Part shown: piece by piece, positions 37,300-46,107 of the stretch
Position numbering within the stretch: position 1 is the first letter of the stretch
How the letters are laid out: each line of letters starts with the position of its first letter
NCBI GenBank assembly: GCA_020248265.1
Contig: JADCHX010000004.1
Location: 103,473 to 167,472, forward strand
Origin: Rhodocyclaceae bacterium
Lineage (GTDB): Bacteria; Pseudomonadota; Gammaproteobacteria; Burkholderiales; CAIKXV01
Length of the DNA: 64,000 bases
Direction: 5' to 3'
The notes under the pieces: model-generated
The model's database searches: none
What the model saw: the letters and a program-made list of their open reading frames with translations, nothing else
What the model was told of the DNA's origin: nothing
Program-made: the position numbers and the translations under genes

Positions 37300-38246
37300 G
37301 CGGCTTCGATGCCGGCTGGCTCGCGCTGCGCGAGCCGTTCGATGCAGCTGCGCGCGATGGCGCTCTGGCGCGGTGCTTCATCTCGGCGGTCGTTGCGCGG
37401 GCATCGATGCGCACGACAGGCAGTACACCTGATGCCGCCTCGCCCGTCGGTACGGCGCCAACCGCCTGGAGGCCTGGGGCAGCGCGCATGGTCGACCTTG
37501 CTGCAGGTGCCGGTGCGAACCTGCGCGTGCTGGCGCCTCAGATACCGGGCGACCAGGACTGGCTGCTCGTCGACCACGATCCGCAACTGATCGCGGCGCA
37601 GGCGGGCGCGCTCGGCCGCTGGGCAGGCGCGCAGGGTTGGCACTGCAGCGCCGCCGCCGGTGGCCTGCTGATCGATACCGGCCGTGCGCAGTGGCGCGTG
37701 CGCGCCCGCCGGCTGGACCTCCAGACATCGTTCGACCAGCTGCACCTGGGGTCCTTCGATGGTGTGACCACCACCGCCTTCCTCGACCTGGTATCGGACG
37801 CATGGCTCGAGCGGCTGGCCGATCGTGTCGCCGCCGCGGCGCTGCCGCTGCTGGCCACCCTCACGGTGGATGGTCGGCGCGAGTGGCAGCCGCCCGCCGA
37901 CGGCGATGCCGCGATCGCAGCCGCGTTCGAGCGGCACCAGCGGGGCGACAAGGGCTTCGGAGCCTCGGTCGGCCCGGCCGCCGCCGCCGCGCTGCTGGCG
38001 AAGCTGGATGCGCGGGGCTATCGTACGCAAAGCGCCCGCAGCGACTGGCGCATCGAAGCCGGACAGGACGGGATGCTGCTGCGGATGGTTGACGAATGCG
38101 CCGCGGTGGCGGACTCGACACTGTCGGCCGAGGGGGCGCTGGTCGACCCGGTGAACCAGTGGGCAATGCTGCGCAGGCGGCAGGCCGCCGCCGGTACATT
38201 GACGCTGCAGGTCGGGCATCGTGACGTGGTGGCGCTGCCCGCATAA
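37296..38246 (+). CDS. putative SAM-dependent methyltransferase
   Basis: ATG 37296 overlaps the GT stop (ATGA). Motif-I-like MVDLAAGAGANL. 316 aa. Confidence 0.55.
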   Translation: MSGFDAGWLALREPFDAAARDGALARCFISAVVARASMRTTGSTPDAASPVGTAPTAWRPGAARMVDLAAGAGANLRVLAPQIPGDQDWLLVDHDPQLIAAQAGALGRWAGAQGWHCSAAAGGLLIDTGRAQWRVRARRLDLQTSFDQLHLGSFDGVTTTAFLDLVSDAWLERLADRVAAAALPLLATLTVDGRREWQPPADGDAAIAAAFERHQRGDKGFGASVGPAAAAALLAKLDARGYRTQSARSDWRIEAGQDGMLLRMVDECAAVADSTLSAEGALVDPVNQWAMLRRRQAAAGTLTLQVGHRDVVALPA

Positions 38247-38264
38247 CCCCGCAGGAGGTGCCGC

Positions 38265-39266
38265 ATGCAATGCCATCGACGTCTTCTCGATACATCGGTA
38301 GCCGCGATCATCGCTGCAGCCGTACTGCTGCCGTCACTCGCGACCGGCGACGCCGCCGCACAGGCGCCGTATCCGCAGCGGCCGATCCGCCTGATCATCG
38401 GCCAGTCCCCCGGCGGCGCGTCGGACACCGTTGGCCGGATTTCCGCGCAGAAGCTGGGCGAGTACCTCGGGCATTCGGTGCTGGTCGATAACCGGCCCGG
38501 TGCCAGCGGGGCGATCGCGAGCGACATCGTCACCCGAGCGCTGCCCGACGGCCACACCATGCTGCTCGGCGGCGCGAGCCTGGTCATCAACGCGGCTCTG
38601 TCGCCCGATCGGCCGTTGCGGCTGGGCAAGGACTTCACGCCGATCACGCTGCTCGCCGAGTCGTCGAACGTATTCCTGGTGCATCCGTCGCATCCGGCGC
38701 GCACCCTCAGGGAACTGATCGACTTCGCCCGCAGCCGGCCGGGGCAGGTCGACTACGCATCGCCGGGCCCCGGCTCGCCGCAGCACCTGGCGGGAGAGCT
38801 GCTGAACGTGGTGGCCGGCATCCGCATGGTACACATTCCCTACAAGGGTAGCGGACCTGCGCTGGCCGACCTGCTCGGCGGCCGCGTGCTGGTGATGTCC
38901 TCGACGCTGCCGTCGGCCGCCGCGCACATCAAGTCCGGTAGGGTGCGTGCGCTGGCCGTGACCGTGTCGAAGCGTGCGCCGTCGCTGCCCGACGTGCCGA
39001 CGGTCGCCGAAGCGGGGGGCTTCCCGGACTACGAAGTGGCGACCTGGCAGAGCCTGCTGTTCCCCGGAGGTACGCCGAAACCCTTCGTGGACACGATCCA
39101 GTCGCAGGCTGCGAAGGCCCTGTTCAGTCCGGAGGTTGCGGCGCGCCTGCGCGACCAGGGCTACGAACCGGTCGCGAGCACGCCGGCGCGCTTCACCGCG
39201 TTCCTCGAAGCGGAACTGGCGAAGTGGCCGAAGGTGATCAAGGCTGCAGGCATCAAGGCGGAGTAA
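38265..39266 (+). CDS. Bug/TctC-family periplasmic solute receptor
   Basis: 333 aa, with AGGAGG upstream. PYPQRPIRLIIGQSPGGASD and IPYKGSGPALADLLGGRV. Lies 18 nt after the methyltransferase. Confidence 0.85.
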   Translation: MQCHRRLLDTSVAAIIAAAVLLPSLATGDAAAQAPYPQRPIRLIIGQSPGGASDTVGRISAQKLGEYLGHSVLVDNRPGASGAIASDIVTRALPDGHTMLLGGASLVINAALSPDRPLRLGKDFTPITLLAESSNVFLVHPSHPARTLRELIDFARSRPGQVDYASPGPGSPQHLAGELLNVVAGIRMVHIPYKGSGPALADLLGGRVLVMSSTLPSAAAHIKSGRVRALAVTVSKRAPSLPDVPTVAEAGGFPDYEVATWQSLLFPGGTPKPFVDTIQSQAAKALFSPEVAARLRDQGYEPVASTPARFTAFLEAELAKWPKVIKAAGIKAE

Positions 39267-39271
39267 GGGCG

Positions 39272-39427
39272 ATGCACGGTCCGACGCGTGGCTCTGTCGT
39301 CTGGCTCGACCCGGACCAGGCCGAACTCGATGCGTCCTTCGACCAGGCGGGCCATGCGGCGAACCGCGCCCAGGTCACCGGGCGCTATGCGTTCATGGCC
39401 GAGCAGTGCTGGAGCAGATGGAGCTGA
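39272..39427 (+). pseudogene. N-terminal remnant of an alpha/beta-fold esterase/formamidase-like gene
   Basis: 51 codons: MHGPTRGSVVWLDPDQAELDASFDQAGHAANRAQVTGRYAFMAEQCWSRWS. This resembles the leader region of that family. No catalytic domain follows. Confidence 0.3.
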
Positions 39428-39454
39428 ATCTGGGCCGGTGACCGGCCTGACCTC

Positions 39455-40204
39455 TCAGCGCTGCGGCGCCACCGCCAGCCCGTGCCCGACGTTGTGCCTG
39501 TCGATCAGTTTCGCGACCAGGCCCGACGCCTTCACGTCCTCGATGAAATCGCACAGGTAGGCGTTGCCGGCGGGGCGACCCTTCGGCGTGCCCGCCGCCT
39601 GCTGCACGGCTGCGAACTGCCCGGGGATCAGGTGCGTGCCGGGGATCTTCTCCACGTCCTGGGTCAGTCGATCCTTAAGGCCAGCCAGCGCGTCGAAGTT
39701 CTCCTCGACGAACCGGCGGGCGGCCGTATCGGCCATGTCGACGCCGGTGAGCTTTGCGTGCTTCAGGTTGGCCGCCAGCCACAGCCCGTAGGCGGCCTTG
39801 GCCGGCACGATCACCGTCACGCCATCGCGGTCGACATCGGCGATCGACTTCAACGGCGAACCGTCGCGTACCAGGTAGGTGGCCTCGATCTCGACATAGG
39901 CCGCGGAGAAATCGATCAGCACCGCGCGCGCCGGCTCGGCACCGAGGAAGCCGACATCCCAGATGCCCTTGTCCGCGCTCTCGGCCAGCTTGCCCGGGTT
40001 CGGGAACTCGATGATCTCGGTCGGCACGCCGAGCCGCCGCCCGAGTTCATGCGCGAGGTCGAGCGCGACGCCCCTTGGCGTGCCGTCCGGCTCGCGCGCG
40101 GTCAGCAGGAAGTTGGAGAAGTTGATGCCGGCGCGAAGCTTGCCAGTCGGTGCCAGGTCGGCGAGTACGGCAGGGGATACCACGGTCATCTTCTCTGGCT
40201 CCAT
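39455..40204 (-). CDS. family-3 (amino-acid type) SBP-fold protein without signal peptide
   Basis: ATG 40204 or 40189. KLRAGINFSNFLL and GIWDVGFLGAEPARA. No hydrophobic leader. Confidence 0.6.
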   Translation of the reverse strand: MEPEKMTVVSPAVLADLAPTGKLRAGINFSNFLLTAREPDGTPRGVALDLAHELGRRLGVPTEIIEFPNPGKLAESADKGIWDVGFLGAEPARAVLIDFSAAYVEIEATYLVRDGSPLKSIADVDRDGVTVIVPAKAAYGLWLAANLKHAKLTGVDMADTAARRFVEENFDALAGLKDRLTQDVEKIPGTHLIPGQFAAVQQAAGTPKGRPAGNAYLCDFIEDVKASGLVAKLIDRHNVGHGLAVAPQR

Positions 40205-40236
40205 CGGGTGGGCGGCAATGCGCCCGGGGCTGCCGT

Positions 40237-41496
40237 TCAGCGCGGCTTGGCGGCCTCGGCGGCGGCGGCCGCTGCCGGATCGGCAGGCACGGCCTGCAGC
40301 GGTCGGCGTACGTACTTCGGCGCACGCAGGGTCGGGTCGACCAGCTTCAGGTACTGCGGGCCGAGCTGGCCGAGGTGGTGCACCCCGAGCAGCGCCTGCA
40401 CGCGGTGGATCTCGTCGCGGAAGATGTCGAGTGCGCGGGCGGCACCGGCCTCGCCACCGGCGGCCACACCGTACAGCGTGGCGCGGCCGACCATCACCGC
40501 GTCGGCGCCCAGGGCGAGTGCCTTCACCACGTCGCTGCCGCGCCGCACGCCGCTGTCCATGAACACGGTCGCCCGTCCTGCGATCGCGTCGACGATCTCG
40601 GGCAGGGCTTCGATCGGCGAGATGATGCCGTCGAGGTTGCGGCCGCCGTGGTTCGATACGCCGATCCCGTCGGCGCCGTGTTCGACTGCGCGTAGCGCGT
40701 CGGCCGGATCGAGCACACCCTTCACGATCAGCTTGTGCGGCCAGATCTTGCGCAGCGCGTCGAGGTCGTCCCAGTTGATCGAGTCCGAGCGCAGGCTGGA
40801 GCGGCCCACCGGGCCGGCGGTGAGCTTCGCGCGCGCTGCGGCCGGATAGTTGGCATAGGTCGGCATGCCGCTGGTGGCGAGGTAGCGCGCCATCGTGCCG
40901 AACAGCCAGCGCGGGTGCTTCATCATGTCGACCATGTTGCGGGTCGAGAAGGTGAACGGGATCGTGAAGCCGTTGCGGATGTTGTATTCGCGGTTGCCCG
41001 AGGACACGCCGTCGACGGTGACGATCAGCGCCTTGTAGCCGGCGTCGCGCGCGCGCATCACGAGCTCGTGCGACAGCGAGCGGTCGGGCCACATGTAGAG
41101 CTGGAACCAGAGGTCGCCGCCGGCTTCCTTCGCGACCTTCTCCATCGGCGTCACCGAACCGGTGGCCAGCGTGAACGGAATGCCGGCCGCGCGCGCTGCG
41201 CGCGCCAGCGCGACCTCGCCCTCGTACCACATCAGCCCGGCGACCCCGGTCGGTGCGATGGCGATCGGCATCTTGTGGTTCACGCCGAAGATCGTGGTGG
41301 CCTGGGTGCGCTTGGACACGTCGACCAGGGTGCGCGGCTTGAAGCGGATGCCGTCGAAGATCGACCGGTTGTTCTTCAGCGAGACTTCGTCTTCGGTGCC
41401 GCGGTCGGTGAACTCGAACAGGCCTTTCGGCACGCGGCGCAGCGCCTGCTCGCGCAGGTCGAAGATGTTGTAGGCGTTCAGCTTGTCGTTGGCCAC
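40237..41496 (-). CDS. FMN-dependent alpha-hydroxy acid dehydrogenase (LldD/mandelate dehydrogenase-like)
   Basis: 419 aa. VSNHGGRNLDG and FMDSGVRRGSDVVKALALGADAVMVGR. Confidence 0.85.
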   Translation of the reverse strand: MANDKLNAYNIFDLREQALRRVPKGLFEFTDRGTEDEVSLKNNRSIFDGIRFKPRTLVDVSKRTQATTIFGVNHKMPIAIAPTGVAGLMWYEGEVALARAARAAGIPFTLATGSVTPMEKVAKEAGGDLWFQLYMWPDRSLSHELVMRARDAGYKALIVTVDGVSSGNREYNIRNGFTIPFTFSTRNMVDMMKHPRWLFGTMARYLATSGMPTYANYPAAARAKLTAGPVGRSSLRSDSINWDDLDALRKIWPHKLIVKGVLDPADALRAVEHGADGIGVSNHGGRNLDGIISPIEALPEIVDAIAGRATVFMDSGVRRGSDVVKALALGADAVMVGRATLYGVAAGGEAGAARALDIFRDEIHRVQALLGVHHLGQLGPQYLKLVDPTLRAPKYVRRPLQAVPADPAAAAAAEAAKPR

Positions 41497-41619
41497 GCGT
41501 GTCTCCTCAGGTCGCGGTCCGGGCGCCGTCGGCCACGGGTGCGCGAATGGCAGTCCCGATGACGTTCGCCCTCAATGCCGGGATGGTAGCGCGATGTCCG
41601 GATGTGAGCGCACGCTCAC

Positions 41620-43038
41620 TCAAGTGGCCGCAAGCAGCAAAGACAGGGCGCCGAGATCGTCGATCGTTTCCAGCCGGTCGACCGCATCGGTCAGCGCCCG
41701 TGCGCGGCCTTCGCCGAGCACCGGCGAGGCCAGCCCGAGGAACTTGTGGCGCAGTTCCCCGGCGCTCATCGGATCCTCGTTGCTGCCCTTGCGGAACAGC
41801 ACTTCGGTCTCGTGCAGGCGTCCGTCCCGCGTCTGCACCTGCAGCCGGCAGGCCACCCGGTAGATGCCGCCGTGGCCGTCGTACTTCGGCTCGTGCTCGA
41901 CATGGATGCGCGGCAGGAAGGCCATCGTCTCGGGGGCGAACAGGCGCTCCGGAGCAAACTGGGCGGCGGTAGCCTCGCGCTCGAGCGCCATCACCGCCAG
42001 CCCGTAGCGCAGGTTCATCTGCGCGGCCAGCACGCCCTGCACCTTGTCGCGGGTGTACTCCCAGCCGCAGTGGCCGAGCGTGTTGCTGCTGACATGCGCG
42101 GTCATGCGCTCGATCTGCCCCGCGTCGATCGCGTGTTCGCGCATGATCGTATCGAGGGCGGTCATCGCGCTCACGCTGCCGTTGGAGGCCGGCGCCGGCT
42201 TGTAGCCGACGTTCAGGATCTCCCAGCGCTCGCCCAGTCCTGCGGCGAGCATTTCGCCATCGCACTGTGCCGGGATCGCGATCGTGCTGAGGAAGCCGCC
42301 ATAGGGCTCTTCGAGCACCTGCGGAATGCCGGTGTAGCCGAGGGCGGCAAGCTTCGCGGCATAGACGCCGCCCTGCGAGGCCCGCCCGCAGTGGAAGCTC
42401 TTCGCCATCGCACCTTCCTGTACGGCCATCAGTCCGGCAGCCTGCGAGCCGGCGATGCCCAGCGCGTGCTGCATCTGCAGCGCATCGAGGCCGATCAGTC
42501 TCCCGGCTGCGACCGCAGCGGCGAGCGCGCCGGTGGCGCCCTGGTTGTGGTAGCCGCGCGTGAAGATCGAGCCGCGCGCAGCCATCCCGGTGCGCAGCGC
42601 CGTCTCGTAGCCGGCAACCAGCGCGGTGATCGCCTCGCGCCCGCTGACCGGCCGCCCGGCGCACTGCGCCACGGCCAGCACCGCCGGCAGCGCTGCCGAG
42701 CCAGGGTGCAGCGTGGCCTGGATGTGGATCTCGTCGAGCTGGAAGCTGTGCGCGGCGGTGGCATTGACCAGTGCCGCCATCGAGGCGCTTGCGTGCCGTG
42801 CGGTCCCCATGAGGATCGCGCTGCCGCCACTGTCTTCGCCGGCGACCATGGCGGTCAGCTTGCGCACCGACGGCTGCGTCGACCCGAACAGGCAGCAGCC
42901 GAGGGTGTCGAGCACGCAGGTCTTCGTGCGCTCGACCACCTCGGGTGGCAGCCGGTCGAACCCGAGTGCGGACGCAAAGCGCGCCTGGGCTACCGTGGCG
43001 CCCTCGGCGCCGGGGATGCCGTCGTGTGCTGCGCTCAC
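41620..43038 (-). CDS. MmgE/PrpD-family protein (paralogue 2)
   Basis: GTG 43038 is preceded by GGGAGG at a 6-nt spacing (alternative ATG 43071). FDRLPPEVVERTKTCVLDTLGC and SFQLDEIH. Confidence 0.75.
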   Translation of the reverse strand: MSAAHDGIPGAEGATVAQARFASALGFDRLPPEVVERTKTCVLDTLGCCLFGSTQPSVRKLTAMVAGEDSGGSAILMGTARHASASMAALVNATAAHSFQLDEIHIQATLHPGSAALPAVLAVAQCAGRPVSGREAITALVAGYETALRTGMAARGSIFTRGYHNQGATGALAAAVAAGRLIGLDALQMQHALGIAGSQAAGLMAVQEGAMAKSFHCGRASQGGVYAAKLAALGYTGIPQVLEEPYGGFLSTIAIPAQCDGEMLAAGLGERWEILNVGYKPAPASNGSVSAMTALDTIMREHAIDAGQIERMTAHVSSNTLGHCGWEYTRDKVQGVLAAQMNLRYGLAVMALEREATAAQFAPERLFAPETMAFLPRIHVEHEPKYDGHGGIYRVACRLQVQTRDGRLHETEVLFRKGSNEDPMSAGELRHKFLGLASPVLGEGRARALTDAVDRLETIDDLGALSLLLAAT

Positions 43039-43072
43039 CGGAAGCCTCCCGTGCGTCGCGCCAGGAAGCATG

Positions 43073-43106
43073 TTCGACCGACTTTCATTCGACCGACGTT
43101 CATTCA
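43073..43106. repeat. 15-bp tandem repeat x2.3 (TTCGACCGACTTTCA / TTCGACCGACGTTCA / TTCA)
   Basis: 14/15 identity between units. Spans the Bug stop codon (43100-02) and the spacer before the PrpD paralogue. Confidence 0.6.
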
Positions 43107-44080
43107 ATTTTCGCGCCGGTCAGCGCGATCAGCTTGCCGTACTTCTCGAAGTCCACGCGCAGGATGCGGTTGAACTCGTCGACCGTGGTCGGTGCCGGAT
43201 CGAGTGCCTGCTTCGCCAGGGTGGACATCACCTCCGGGATCGACAGGGTCTGGTTCATCTCGGTGTTCAGCCGGTCGATGATGGCTCTCGGTGTTCCGGC
43301 CGGGGCGAACACGCCGATCCATGGGTTCATGTCGTAGCCGGGCAGCCCCGCCTCCGAAATGGTGGGCACGCCCGGCAGGGCCTTGGTGCGCGTAGCCGAG
43401 CCTACGCCGAGCGGGCGCAGCTTGCCGGCCTGGATCTGGCTGATCACCGTGCCGATGGTGGCAAACGAGGCCTGGGTCTCGCCCCCGAGCAGCGCGGCGA
43501 CCTGTGGTGCACCGCCCTTGTACGGCACATGAGTGATGTCGATGCCGGCCATCGAGATCAGCAGCGCCATCTGCAGGTGCGGCGCACTGCCGTTGCCCGA
43601 CGAGGAATAGTTGATCTGGCGCGGCTTCGCCTTGGCCAGCGCGATGAAGTCCTTCAGCGTCTTCACCGGTAGCGATGGATGCACGGTCAGCACTCCCGGC
43701 TGCGAGGAGAGCATGCCGACGCCGGTGAAGTCCTTCATCGTGTCGTAGGTCAGCTTCTTCCCGTACAGGTGTGCATTGCCGACATGGGTGGTCGAGTGGA
43801 CCATCAGGGTGTAGCCGTCGCCCGGCGCCTTGGCCACCAGGTCGGCGCCGACCACGCCGGATGCACCCGCCCGGTTGTCGATCACGAACTGCTGGCCGAG
43901 GGTACGCGACAGTTCCTGCATCACGATGCGGCCGACGACATCGTTCGAGCCGCCAGCGGGCCAGGGGATGACGACCCGCACCGGCTTGGCAGGCCACGCC
44001 TGGGCGAGGGTGGTCGAGGGCAGGGCGATACCGGCAGCAGCGGCCAGTGTCGCCACCGCGCAGGACAGCGGTGTGTTCAT
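43100..44080 (-). CDS. Bug/TctC-family periplasmic solute receptor
   Basis: 326 aa. AWPAKPVRVVIPWPAGGSND and VPYKGGAPQVAALLGGET. Confidence 0.85.
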   Translation of the reverse strand: MNTPLSCAVATLAAAAGIALPSTTLAQAWPAKPVRVVIPWPAGGSNDVVGRIVMQELSRTLGQQFVIDNRAGASGVVGADLVAKAPGDGYTLMVHSTTHVGNAHLYGKKLTYDTMKDFTGVGMLSSQPGVLTVHPSLPVKTLKDFIALAKAKPRQINYSSSGNGSAPHLQMALLISMAGIDITHVPYKGGAPQVAALLGGETQASFATIGTVISQIQAGKLRPLGVGSATRTKALPGVPTISEAGLPGYDMNPWIGVFAPAGTPRAIIDRLNTEMNQTLSIPEVMSTLAKQALDPAPTTVDEFNRILRVDFEKYGKLIALTGAKIE

Positions 44081-44344
44081 GGTAACTCTCCTCCGGATCC
44101 GGTTGGCCGTCCTCGCCGTGCGGGATCAAACAGGTGCCGGCGCGCAATCCGTTCGTCTCGCTCTCATCGGCGTCCTGCGCGGTGACAGGTCGCATGGATC
44201 AGGACGGTTGTTTCGTGCGACTGTACCGGAGTGTGGCAGTCGGTGCCGGCGTGGGCCGGGTGTCACCGGGCGGGCTTTCGCCATTCGTGGGCTCGGATAG
44301 AATCGCGCCCCCGCGCCAAAGCGCGCGCTCGACCGGAGGACGAC

Positions 44345-45328
44345 ATGGCAGGCTGGGTGCATCGCACTGGAGTACGGCTGGGAACGGTTTTCGCAGCAAC
44401 GGCTGCATCGGCTGCATGGGCGCAGGCGCCAGCCTATCCGGCCAAGCCCGTCCGCCTGCTGGTGCCTTTTGCGGCCGGCGGCGCGACCGATGTGCCCACG
44501 CGCATCCTCGCCACGAAGCTCGGCGAGCGGATGGGCAGTCCGTTCATCATCGACAACCGCCCCGGCGCCGGTGGCGCCATCGGCACCGCGACCGTGGCCA
44601 GGGCCGAGCCCGACGGTTACTCGGTGCTGGTCACCGCCACCCCGTTCGTGGTCAGTCCCCATGTCTATCCGAAGCTCGGCTACGACACGCTGAAGGACTT
44701 CGCGCAGGTTGCGATGTTCGCGTCTTCGCCCAACGTGCTGGTCGTGCATCCGTCGCTCGGGGTGAAGTCGGTCAAGGAACTCATCGCACTGGCGCGTCCC
44801 CAGCCAGGCAAGCTCGACTGGGCATCATCGGGCGTGGGTGGCGGGCAGCACCTGTTCGGCGAACTGTTCATGTCGATGGCGGGCATCAAGGTCACGCACG
44901 TCTCGTACAAGGGTAGTGGTGCTGCGATCGCAGACGTGCTCGGCGGCCAGGTGAAGATCGGGTTCCCGGGCATCGCCATCGCGCTGTCCCACCACAACGC
45001 CGGCCGGCTGCTGGCGCTGGGTGTCACCACCGCGCAGCGCTCGGCACAGATGCCGGATGTGCCGAGCCTCGCCGAGGCTGGCGTGCCCGGCTACGACGCG
45101 ACGTTCTGGATGGGCCTGTCGGTACCGGTGAAGACCGCGCGTACGGTCGTCGACGCCTTGCATCGCGAGACGGTTGCGCTCGTCAAGGCACCCGACGTGG
45201 TCGAGGGCTTCCGCAAGGCCGGTACCGACATCGCCCCGGCCGGCCCGGAGCAGTTCCGCAAGTTCGTGCTTTCCGAGTACGAGAAGTGGGGCAAGGTGGT
45301 GCGCGCCGTGGGCATCAAGCCGGAGTGA
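44345..45328 (+). CDS. Bug/TctC-family periplasmic solute receptor
   Basis: ATG 44345 with GGAGGA upstream. AYPAKPVRLLVPFAAGGATD and VSYKGSGAAIADVLGGQV. Confidence 0.85.
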   Translation: MAGWVHRTGVRLGTVFAATAASAAWAQAPAYPAKPVRLLVPFAAGGATDVPTRILATKLGERMGSPFIIDNRPGAGGAIGTATVARAEPDGYSVLVTATPFVVSPHVYPKLGYDTLKDFAQVAMFASSPNVLVVHPSLGVKSVKELIALARPQPGKLDWASSGVGGGQHLFGELFMSMAGIKVTHVSYKGSGAAIADVLGGQVKIGFPGIAIALSHHNAGRLLALGVTTAQRSAQMPDVPSLAEAGVPGYDATFWMGLSVPVKTARTVVDALHRETVALVKAPDVVEGFRKAGTDIAPAGPEQFRKFVLSEYEKWGKVVRAVGIKPE

Positions 45329-45370
45329 TCCGGCAGCCGGCCTGCCCAGGCAGGCCGGCACATCTGCACT

Positions 45371-46033
45371 TCAGCGGTCGAGCAGGCGGCGCATCTTCGC
45401 CACGGCTGCGCCCGGCGAATTGAAGATCGGCAGCGAGCTCACCCCGGACACCGCCGGCACCGCCCGCGACAGCGTGAACTGCGCCAGCACGATCGCGTCG
45501 CAGCCCGTGATCTCGCGCGCCTTCGCCGCGACCAGCGCATCGTGCCGGGCCGGGTCGCCACCGGCCAGCGCATCGAAGGCACCATCGACCACGTACGGCA
45601 CGAGTTCGATCTTCCGGCCGCGCGCGGCGGCGACATCGAGCATCTCGGCCGAGAACGACGGGATCGTCGGCCCGACGGTGGCCATCACCGCGAACCTCGA
45701 ACCGGCATCGAGCGCCTGTTCGATCATCGCCTCGTTGGGTCCGATCATCGGGATCGGAAACTCCTTCGCGCAGGCATCGATCACGTCGCGGAAGGCGGAA
45801 CAGGTGAACACGATGCCCTCGGCACCGCGCGAGATCGAGTAGCGCACCAGCGTGCGAAACGCGTCGTACATCTCCGGCACGACGCCCCCGGCGCTGCGCA
45901 CCCAGTTGAACAGCCCGTCATCGAGCAGGTTGCTGGTGCGTGCCTCCGGCCAGTCGCTGGCGAAGGCGCGCACGGCTGCGTCCATGGCGTCCTTGTGGAC
46001 GCTGAACAGGACGACGTTCGGGTGCGTCGGCAT
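45371..46033 (-). CDS. Asp/Glu racemase / arylmalonate decarboxylase-family protein
   Basis: ATG 46033 with AGGAGGG upstream. GIVFTCSAF and IVLAQFTLS are the paired Cys/Ser-containing motifs typical of the fold. Confidence 0.6.
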   Translation of the reverse strand: MPTHPNVVLFSVHKDAMDAAVRAFASDWPEARTSNLLDDGLFNWVRSAGGVVPEMYDAFRTLVRYSISRGAEGIVFTCSAFRDVIDACAKEFPIPMIGPNEAMIEQALDAGSRFAVMATVGPTIPSFSAEMLDVAAARGRKIELVPYVVDGAFDALAGGDPARHDALVAAKAREITGCDAIVLAQFTLSRAVPAVSGVSSLPIFNSPGAAVAKMRRLLDR

Positions 46034-46107
46034 GGGGTTCCCTCCTCGTCTGTGCGGGGGAGGATAGCGCATCCGCATCGGGAGCCCGCCATGGCGGCGA
46101 TCCTGAT

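Noticed and set aside
30575-38246. Treating cytochrome b561, opgH, the lipoprotein and the five-gene pterin-like operon as one proven system.
   Set aside because: Only adjacency and a shared strand support this (33-nt gap at 33895-33927). No junction overlap links the two halves. I therefore reported them as separate findings, with the link as a hypothesis.
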